A stretch of 64,000 nucleotides of DNA from a virus. The stretch is taken from positions 36,658 through 100,657 of the IMG/VR virus record IMGVR_UViG_3300011116_000574. The stretch is one strand, 5' to 3'. Position numbers and translations under genes: made by a program. This document shows positions 28,451 to 38,900 of the stretch, piece by piece; position 1 is the first letter of the stretch, and each line of letters begins with the position of its first letter. The notes below the pieces were generated by a model, which saw only the letters and a list, made by a program, of their open reading frames with translations, ran no database searches and was not told where the DNA came from.

Positions 28451-29194
28451 ATGGCAGATGTAAAAAATATTATCGTTGGTGCCGCCCAGATTTTTATATC
28501 TACAGGCACTGGCGCAAACCGCCCATTAACAACAGCAAGTGCTCTTGGCTTTGGCGCATCAGTTAGTGCTAGAACAGCACTCGCTGCATCAGCATCTTGG
28601 AGAGATGTTGGTTACACAAATGCTGGTCTTGAGGTTTCTTACGAACCAGGTTACAATGATGTAATGGTTGATCAGCTACTTGATGCAGCTCGTTTGTTCA
28701 AGTCAACAATTAAAGTTATGCTTAAGACAGAATTGACTGAAGGTACACTTCAGAATATCAACCTTGTCTTTGGTCAGCAAGAGCAGGTTACAGCATACTC
28801 AGGTTCAGTAGCTTCAACATTCAATACTGTATCTGGTACATACAATGGTTCCGTTGGATCAGCAGGTTCTGCAACCTTGAGTATCTCTGGTGGTGCACTA
28901 GGTGATGCTCCTGTAGAGCGTTCACTTGTTGCCGTTGGCAATGCCCCTGGTGCCCTATCACTATCGGCATCAGCAAGAGATGCTGATACCGCTGTTGCAG
29001 CAGGTGCTAAGACAGAGCGTGTCTATGTAGCTCGCCGTGTTGTACAAATTGAAGCATCATCCCATGGTTTGAAGCGTGATTCTGCAACTGTATTCCCAGT
29101 TCAGTTCCGTTGCTTACCAGACGATGCAAATGTGTACGATGGTGCAGAATATGGTCTAATCATTGATCGTGTTCTTCCAAGTACTTGGAGCTAA
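28451..29194 (+). CDS. major tail (tube) protein
   Basis: NIIVGAA, DVGYTNAGLEVSYEP, VDQLLD, FPVQFRCLPD. Confidence 0.85.
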   Translation: MADVKNIIVGAAQIFISTGTGANRPLTTASALGFGASVSARTALAASASWRDVGYTNAGLEVSYEPGYNDVMVDQLLDAARLFKSTIKVMLKTELTEGTLQNINLVFGQQEQVTAYSGSVASTFNTVSGTYNGSVGSAGSATLSISGGALGDAPVERSLVAVGNAPGALSLSASARDADTAVAAGAKTERVYVARRVVQIEASSHGLKRDSATVFPVQFRCLPDDANVYDGAEYGLIIDRVLPSTWS

Positions 29195-29210
29195 TATTTA
29201 AAAGCTTAAT

Positions 29211-29243
29211 AAACACCCCCCCAAATTTTTGGGGGGGTGTTTA
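29211..29243 (+). terminator. terminator hairpin
   Basis: AAACACCCCCCCAA...TTGGGGGGGTGTTT. Confidence 0.8.
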
Positions 29244-29297
29244 TGTATTAAACAATACTTTTGGTATAATTCTAGTATACAAATAAAGGAGGTTGCT

Positions 29298-29633
29298 GTG
29301 GCAACAACAGTATACGATGTTGAGGAAATTCAACTATCAAATGGGGAGACATTAGTTATCAAACCACTTACAATTAAACACTTAAAGAAATTCTTAAAAG
29401 TAATGAAGAAAATGGAAGATCCTAAGATCGAATCCGAAGAGCAAGTTATGGAAATCTTTGTTGAAGGTGCAATGGTTTGTCTAGAACAGTTAAAGCCAGA
29501 ACTTTCAGAAGACCTTGAAGCATTTGAAGAGGTTATCGAAGTTCCTACACTTATGAAAATTTTAGAAGTTGCTGGAGGCTTAAAACTGAATGACCCAAAC
29601 CTAAGCGCAGCGAGTCTAGCTGGGATCAACTAG
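29298..29633 (+). CDS. tail assembly chaperone (G)
   Basis: GTG after AAGGAGG, between tail tube and tape measure genes. Confidence 0.85.
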   Translation: MATTVYDVEEIQLSNGETLVIKPLTIKHLKKFLKVMKKMEDPKIESEEQVMEIFVEGAMVCLEQLKPELSEDLEAFEEVIEVPTLMKILEVAGGLKLNDPNLSAASLAGIN

Positions 29634-29914
29634 ACCTCGCTGATTTAGAATCGGAAGTCTTTCTTCTGGGTCATTGGAAAAATTATGATGACTTGGAAGC
29701 CAGTTTATCTGTCGAAGAATTGCTTGCTACACTTAAAGCAATTTATAATCGTGAAGACAGAAATAATAGATTCCAAGCTGCGTTACAAGGGGTGGATCTT
29801 GATGAGAAATCAAATGATGAGGAACTTGTATCGGATGTTAAGACCCTTACAGGGTACAGTGCTTCAAAGGCAGGATTTGGCATTGGTCTCGGTTTGGGAT
29901 ATGTGGAGGAATAA
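29594..29914 (+). CDS. tail assembly chaperone -1 frameshift extension (GT)
   Basis: Slippery C-CCA-AAC at 29594-29600. The -1 frame is open from there to 29914. Confidence 0.8.
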   Translation, partial: PKPKRSESSWDQLDLADLESEVFLLGHWKNYDDLEASLSVEELLATLKAIYNREDRNNRFQAALQGVDLDEKSNDEELVSDVKTLTGYSASKAGFGIGLGLGYVEE

Positions 29915-29917
29915 TAA

Positions 29918-32900
29918 GTGGTAAATCGTATTGACATTCAAGTTAATGCCACGGGAAACTTTGGTCAACTTCATGCTCAAATAGCGGAGTTAAAGGCTGC
30001 AGTTGCACAACTGCAGTCTAAACCACTTTTAGGAGATACTGGTAGGGCTACTGCTGCTCAACTTTCTCAAATACAAACACAGTTTGACAAGATGCTTTTG
30101 GCAACAAGAGCATTTAATGTTGAAACTGTAAAGATGTCAAACTCTATAGATAACTTTGGAAATAGATTACAGGCAGGAAAACTACACTTCTCTGAGTATG
30201 CAAGAATGTACCGTCAGACAATGAAGGGCATGCGTAACGAACTTGACGCACTTGCAGATTCACAAGCAAGAGTTGCAAAATCGGTTGTTCTTCCAGATGC
30301 ATTAAGAACTGGTTACGCTAGAGTAATTACAAATCTTACATCCGACCTTAAATCACTTAATGCTGCAGAAGAAGCAGCAATAATAAAAACAAAAGCTTTA
30401 AACTCTGTTATCCATGGAATGGGAACATCTTTGGTTAATATGGGTAAAAATACACAGTGGGCTGGTCGCCAGCTTACTGTTGGTCTTACCGTTCCAGTTG
30501 CAGCATTTGGCGCAATGGCTGCAAAAGTATTTAAAGATGTAAATACAGAACTTACAAGAATGCAGAGAATGTATGGTACTGGTTTATCTCTGCCTAGCGA
30601 ACAAGAAATAGCAAAAGTATCTACCGCAATTATAGATCTAAGTAAAAAAGTTGCAGAAAATATGGGTATTGCCCAAAAAGAAACTGTTACTGCTGCTGCT
30701 AATTTTGCTGCTGTTGGTACAACTGGAGATGCACTTATTGTAGCAACAGAACAGGCTATGCGACTTTCAAAACTTGGTGCCGTTAATGCTGACACCGCAC
30801 AAAAAACAATTACATCTTTGCAGACAACATTTAGGGTAGGCACTAAAGATGTTGCTGAAGCAGTAAACTTTTTGAATGATATTCAAAAACAGACATCCAC
30901 AGACTTACAAGATCTAACCGATGCAATTCCTCGTGTTGGTCCAATTGTATCTCAACTTGGTGGAACATATAAAGACACCGCAGTTATGATGGTTGCCATG
31001 AAAGAAGCTGGTGTTCCAGCAGCACAATCTGCAAACGCAATCAAATCCGCAGTTGCGTCTATGATTGGTCCAACTCGTCAAGCCAGGGATGAGTTTGAAA
31101 AGTATGGAATTAGTCTAACAAAAATTAAAGATGATACTCAGGGTAATCCAATTAAAATGATTGAAGCACTTCAGACTTCTTTGCAAAAATTATCACCACT
31201 TGTTCAAGCTCAGTTAATTGAAAAACTATTTGGTAAGTTTCAGTTTGCTCGTGTGACTGCACTTATTAACAATCTTGGTGCTGCAGGAAGTCAGACACAA
31301 AATGCTTTTCTAGTAGCAAAAGCTAGTGTTTCAGAACTTGCAAGACTAGCAGACTCAGAAATGAAAATTGCTACTGAATCAACAACAGCAAAGTGGTCTA
31401 GAGCACTAGAAGGATTTAAATCAACCTTGCTTCCTTTGGGTGAAAAGTTTATGAAATTTGGAACCAAAATCTTAGACTTCTTCTCTAAAGTAATGCATTT
31501 CTTAGATAGATTTAAACCTTTAGAAAACCTCTTAGTTAATGTTTTGGGTGGAGCAGCAATAGTTGGTCCTATTCTTATGCTAGTTGGTTTGTTTGGAAAC
31601 CTTGCTGGTAACATAATTAAGGGTGTAAACTACTTCAGAATGTTTGCTCAAGGGGCTAAAGATGGCGGAATTTTAGCTGGCTTTAAGAGCATGGCTAACT
31701 TCTTTGAAATGATTAACATTGAAACACTTGCATCTTCAAAAAATATGGATGGTCTTACAACATCTACTCAAAAAACCGTAGAGGCTTTTGCTGTACTTAA
31801 TCAAGAAATTGGAATTATGACCAGAAGTCTTAATGAAGTATTTGCTCGTAGCACTAGAATGCCAATAGTTGCATCTCCATATGCACAACAAACATTGGCA
31901 CAATTACAGACAATAAATCCCGAATATGTTGGCGGAGTAACAAAGGGACTAGAAAGACCACACATGTTCCCTGCTGCAAGACTTTGGGAAGGTTGGGCTG
32001 CAAATGAAGGAAACATACAGGGCAGAGTGCCAACGCTAAACGCCTTTTTACAAAATAGAGCACTTAATCCAACAATGGAGGCTCAGGAAAACTTTATGAG
32101 AGGTGGAATGCCAGAACAATGGGGTGCTCCAGTTCCATCAGGTGGTTTAGCTGCTCAACTTCAAAAAGAATACGGAACCGAAGATGTTATTCACGGTCCA
32201 AAATTTGGTCTTTCAAAAGAAGATGTTTACTCAAGAGGTTTTCAAAAAATAGAAAACATTAGGAGTAAAATACTTGACGAAAGAATAGCTGCAGATAGTA
32301 AAGTAGCAATAGAGCTTGCAAAAATTGACGCATTGCCAGAAGAACAAAAAGTTCAAGCTTTAACACAAATTATTCAGAAAGTTACATTTACTGAAGAACA
32401 ATATTTCAACAACCTAATTGAATCATTAGTTCAAACTCAAGCTTTACTTACCGCTCCAGAAGAAATGCTAAAGGCTGTAGACACAAAGGTTAAAACAGTC
32501 CTTGCTGACCCAACAATTGAAAATAAGTCTGTTGCTATTCAAGCAATACTAACCGAGTTTAACGCAGACTTTAAACTTCTTGGAGGAACAGTAGTTGAAG
32601 AAATAACTAAATATAGAACTTTAGTTCAACAGACAATACTCAGTACCACATCCACTTTTGAAACTGCCATAGCAGCAGCTAATTTTAGGGCTGGTATAGT
32701 TGCTAGTGCCGAAATGTTTGGCGGGGTAAGAAAAGGTGCTTTAGGAAGATTTGTCAGTATGGACAAACAAGCTTTATCACAATCAATATTAATGGCAAGA
32801 GATATTCCAAAAGGTTTCCAAACTGGTGGAGCAATTCATGCACAAGACGGTGTTTGGGTTCCAGGAACTGGCTCTGGAGATAGAGTTCCTGCAATGCTTG

Positions 32901-35900
32901 AGCCAGGAGAATTTGTTGTTAATCGTAATGCTGCTAAACAATATGGCGGGTTACTAGAACATTTAAACTGGAATGCTGCTCCAAGATTTGGAACTGGTGG
33001 AACTCCTAGTCCTACATCTGTTGGAATTAGAGGATATCAAAATGCTGGAGATGTAGAAAAGCCTAGGGTTAAAGCTTGGGTACCAAAAGATTTACTTGGC
33101 TTATCTAAAGGAGAAAACTTTTTTGCTCGCGACATGTATTCTCCAGGAAGCCAATTTCGAAGAATATTGTATGGTCCGATTTTAGATCAATTAAGAAATC
33201 AAGGCTATAAAGATGATGTTATTGAAAGAATTAAAAAAAGTTTTGACTCAGACAGAAATTTAAGATTATATGAGGATAGGTCTGCTTTATCAGAAGCACT
33301 TTCATCAGTAATTAGAAGAGGTAATCCATATGGAATAGACATAAGGGCTTTTTCAGAGGATGCTCGTGGAAGAATTATGGCAACAATTGAAAACGAAAGA
33401 CTTAGAACACACGAAGTTCATGATTTCAAATACTTTGACCCTAATGCACCAGTAAGGTTTTCACCAACAAGAGGCATGCCATCAATATTTAAACCTCTAA
33501 GAAAATTGAGTTTTGATGAAGCATATGGAGGAGATATAGGTTGGGTTAGAAAGCTAGTCCCAAGTCTAGCTGAAACATATATGTTAGCCCCATGGAAAGC
33601 CGATGATTATTTATTAGAAAAGCATGGGGCGCATATACTCTCTACAGCTCGTACACCACGCATAACTGTTGCTCAAAAAGGCGGTGGAATTCCAGGATAT
33701 CAAAGCGGATTAACAGTCCCAAGTATGGCATCTTTAAATAGAGAAGAACAGCAAGCTTTGATGGAAGAATATATTCAAAAAGCCCTACGCCCATCAAGTG
33801 CATTAAGTTTGTTACAAGAAGAAATTTTTTCTGCTGTTAGCCCATCTCAATTAGAATTGATACAAAAAGGTTATGGACATGAAGTTTTGCAATACAATTC
33901 AAATCTTGCAAAAATATTAGAACAGTACACTTTTAATGAAAAATCATTTGTTCTTCGACCAGGATATACTCCGCAAAGAGAGAGCTTTAACCTTTTCAAT
34001 ACATTGGGTAAAAATGAAAGATTCCATATGGGCATGAGCAAAACTCAATTTGAAACTTGGCAACCAACATCAATGTTTTCTACTAGCGAAAGGTCTCCTT
34101 TATTTACTAGAACTTTGGCTCAGGCTATCAAAGAGCAGGGCAAGGGAATTGGAAGTATTGGAGTTGTTCCAGAAGAACTAAGTTTAAGTCCTTTTAGTGA
34201 AAAAATGTATCAGAATTTAAGAAGACGGGGAATGGGAATAGAAGTTACAGGTAACGAGCCAGACTTTAGATCAACCCTATACGAAACAAATGATATTGAT
34301 TTAGAAGAATCAAGAAATACAACAAGACATATTTTGGATAGATTGTTGAGAAGAATAACAACTGACAAACTTTACAATAACTCTTTTACTTATAATTCTC
34401 AAAAACCTATTAGTGGTCAGCCTGGTGCTTATAGCATTAGTCGTGGTTTTGTGGATCAAATGGATGTTCAACATAGAATTCCAGAATTAGAAGCAAGAAC
34501 AACCATGATGAGATTCTTGAGACAAGGTATGTTTAAGCAAAAGGGTGGTGGAATTCCAGGATATGAGCAAGGTGGTGGTCCTACATGGATGGCTAGAGGC
34601 AATCCATATACAGAAGCACAGTTCCAACAATCTTTAGAATCTTGGATTAGACCAGTTCTTCACGGAATGGCTCCTTGGAATAATCCAGAAAAAGAAACTT
34701 ATCGACCAATGGGAGAATTATACAAAGGTTTCTACAGAGACATATTTAATGATCAGATGAGAAATATTGGTAGACAAGATCTTCTAAGAGCAATGGTTGT
34801 AGATAATGTTAAGGGCGGAGCAAACATGCACCCTTGGCTTACAAATATGGTAAATGCAGCAGAAGATCGCTATTACCCACCAGGCTTTCAGGGAATTAGG
34901 GTTCCAGCTATGGAAAATATTCAAGGTCCATGGGTAGCAAAAACAACAAGACCATTTACATCCTTTACTGACATTAAGGATACCAGCTTCTTGAAGAAAA
35001 GATTTATGCCAGACTTTGGAGATAAAAGATTCTGGAATGCAATGAATCGCGGAAACAAACTTCCATTTTTCTTGCATGCAATGACTGGACCAGAAACTAT
35101 GGGTCTGCCAGTTTCAAAATTATTTGCTGGACAAACTTACTATGGAAATGAAGGCGAGTATGTTTTACCACAAGGTCAAAAATTCCCAATGACGGGATAC
35201 AGTAGTGACCTTGCTACTAGATTACCAATAGTCCATTCTATTGCTCCAGGCTCAACTAAGATGATTGGCGGGATGAGAATTCCTGTTGCTCAAACTGGCG
35301 GTATGATTCCAGGATTCCAAGAGGGATACACAGATTATCTTGGCTCTAAAATTACAGGTCCGCTAGGATATGCTGTTCAGAGCGGAATTACGGGGACATA
35401 TAATCTAGAAACTAGCACAGGACCACAAACAGCTTATCTGAAGCAAATGTTTGAGCCTGGAATGTTTGATTATGGCGAAGCTCCAGTTAATAAAAGAGAG
35501 ATGGTTATGGAAGCATTCCTTAACCAATTACAAAGAGGCTTGGGTGGGTCTCAGGCTGCTATAGATCAAGTGTATTCAAGATTAATTGATCCATCTGGCG
35601 AAGGAGCATTAAGAGAAACCTCTGTTCTAAGGTCAAAGTTTTTGGAAGGTTTTGAAACTTACAAGAGTTCTGGATTATCAACAGCAGTTGGCGTAGAAGA
35701 TTTTAAGGGCAGAATAGATCCTCAACAAACATTCAAAAGGTTTATGGAGTCAGCACTTATTGGTAATGAAGATCTCCATGATGAAAACTTTGGCTATGTA
35801 GGCAAAACACCAACTGTTGTTGATAGTGGTATAACCGCTATACACAAACTATTAAAGGGTTATAGTGGATTTGATAATACTATATCTGAGCATGTAAACC

Positions 35901-38900
35901 TTGGAAATATGCACGATATGCGTAAAGCTGCAATGGTGGCAAAAACTTTACTTCAAGAGCAGGGAATCAGTATTGAAGAATTTAGTAAAACTCATATTGA
36001 TAGTTTAAGGTCAAAACTTTCAGAGGAACTTATTCATAACGCATTATTAAAAGCAACTGGCGGAGTCCCCGAATTAATGACCGTGTTTGATGAACTTACG
36101 CAAAAAAGCTATGGAGCAAATTTTGTTCCATCAATCACTAAAGTTTTGCACAAAAGACTTGATAGTTTAGCAAGGTTTGCAGATCCCACAAATCCTATGT
36201 CTGGAGCATTACCAAAATCAACTACACCACCACTTGCATCTAACATTATGAAAGGTTTTATGACCACTAGACTTCAAACTGGTGGAAGTGCTTGGGTTCC
36301 AGGATTTGGCGAGGGCGATAGGGTTCCAGCCATGCTTGAACCTGGTGAGTATGTAATTAATAAAAAAGCTGCTAAAGCATATGGCGGTTTACTAGAAGAT
36401 ATTAACTGGAATCAAGCCCCTAGATTTGAAACTGGAAATGAAGTTGGCAATAGACAAACTAGAAGAGGAAATGTTCCAATTGCTGTTACAAAAAACCAAG
36501 TTGGGGCAAATATTAAAGAATTTAATAATATGATGGCGGGTGTTCCAAGAATTGGATCAACATTAATTGCTGCAGGACAATCATTAAAAGTTTCAATTCT
36601 TAATGGAGCGCAAGCCTTAAAACAATCTGCAATAGCAACCAGAGAAGCCAACATGACTAGAGGAATGATTGCAAAAAATGAACTTAGAGGATTAAAGGAT
36701 AGTGTTGTTAATGGTGTAAGAAGTGGTGTTCTTGGTGCCGCTAAAGCTCCTGGAGCAATGATGAGAGGAATTGGAAGCTTTGGATATAATTCAATAGCAT
36801 CAATTAAAGAGGGTGGTAGAAACTTTGGTACGGGCTTTATGGGAGCAAGGCAAATGCAACCGATCCTTGGCGCAGACGGAAAGCAAGTATTTGATGAAAA
36901 AGGAAATCCTCAAAGCCGTTATGCAAAATTTAGTGAAGCAAAAGGTGTCGGTGGAAAGCTTGGCTATGCTTTAGGAAGACAATCTAGACCAGGAATGGGT
37001 TCTATGATTGGTGGTCAAATGCTTGGTATGGCTGCCATGCAAATGGCTGGAGGAATGCAGGAGGGTACTGCAAAATCTGCACTGTCTGGTGCAGGAATGG
37101 GTGCAATGCTTGGCGGTATGACCCCACTTGGTCCAATTGGTGGTGCTGCTATAGGAGCAATTGCATCGGGCGCATATAGCATGTATAAGCAGCATGAACA
37201 AAAACTTAAAAATGCAGCAACTCTAGTCAAAGACTCTTTAAATATGAGTGCTATTGCAATGCAACACTTAGGTGTTCAGGCTAGAGATTTTTCAAATATT
37301 ATGATTGATTCTTCTGGAAAAGCAACAAAAGCTACATCAGAATTTCAAGTTCAGGTTAATGATTATAAAAATGCTCAAGATGAAGAAACAAAAACTGCCG
37401 TTCAAGGAATGAAAGAAAAATTAGAATCGGGAGATATTTCTGGACTAAAAGAAATTATAAAAACAAGAGTTGCAACACAAATGAGCAGCCTTGTCAATCC
37501 AAATGATCCAGAAGCTAGAAAGAAAGTAATTCAAGACAACAAGGCTTTTGTTGCTTCATCTGGAGCAGGAATTGCAACACAAAGAGAAATTTTTTCTGGA
37601 ATTTCTTCAAAAACAACTCCAGAGTCAGCTATAAAACAACAACTAAAGCAGCTAGGTCTTTTTGACTTTAATTCTGTACAGAAAACTCAAATGATATTAC
37701 CAGCAGGAGTAAACAGGAAAAAATATCTTGAAGAGCATCCTTTAGCTGGACAAGATTTAACTATTGCAAATTTAGCAGCGGGTACAAATATGGGTGCTAA
37801 TACTACTCAAAAAATACAAATGACTAAAACCGCTAGTTCAATAACTTTTGACGAATCAAAAATGCAAGCTTTAATTACACAACTTCAAACAAAAACAGAT
37901 CCAATGCAACTTGGGAAAATGCTTGGACCATTAAATAAAGCAAGCGGAGATGTAAAATTGTTTAAAGAATCTATGAGCACTGTTGGTGTTGGTGGTGCTG
38001 GTTGGCAAAAACTTTTAGAAAGTGTAAAGAAGATGGATCCAGCTTTAGCAAAACTAGATCAACAATACGGAAGATATATTACAGATGGTACTCAAATAAT
38101 TAGAATAAATAATCTTATGTCTGCTGGAATGACACAATTAAATATTTCTCAACAAAGGCAAATTAATACTAATCCCAACTTAATTTCTGGATTAGAAGCT
38201 CAGTATAGTGCACAAAGTGCCGTAAGTGGCGGAATAGCAGATTGGATTTCAAATGCAGCACAGTATGACGCACAACAAAATGATCAAGCAGATGCTGCAA
38301 ATAAAGCAGCAGAAGCTTTACAAAGTCAAAAGGATCACATAAACAATTTAATTGATGGTCAAAACAATTATATTAAGTGGCAAAATAAAGCTATTGATGG
38401 TGTGCAAAAAGAAATGGATGCAAGAAACAAACTTGCAGATACACAAAATAAAGAAATCGAAAGAGAAAGAACACTAGCAGACCTAAAAGACTCTGTAACG
38501 GCTGCAAGAGCTTCTGGAAACTTACTTCAAATGGCAAGTGCTCAAAGCAAGTATAACGAAGAATTAGCTAAACAAGAAGAAGCTAAGAAAAAAGAAGCAG
38601 CTGATGCAGCCGATGAAAAGAAAATTGCAGCCTATAAAGCAAATATTGATAAAGCAAGTGCTCAAATTGAAAAGTATAATAAAAAACTTGAAGATCTGGA
38701 TAAAGCTTCAAATGACACTACAAAAACACAATCTAAGAACTGGAACACTGTTTCTGGAAAAGCGCATAAAGCAGAAAACGCAGTTAATGATGTTGGCACA
38801 GCCATTAAAGATGTTGGAAGTGGTGGGACATGGACTAGCCTAAAAGATTTCCAAGAAAAAGTTCTTGGTCAAAAAGGTATGAAGGGTAAATTAGAGGCTG

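Noticed and set aside
32813-36436. TMP insert as an intein or mobile nuclease
   Set aside because: No Hint or LAGLIDADG motifs. The insert is multi-domain with repeated linkers.
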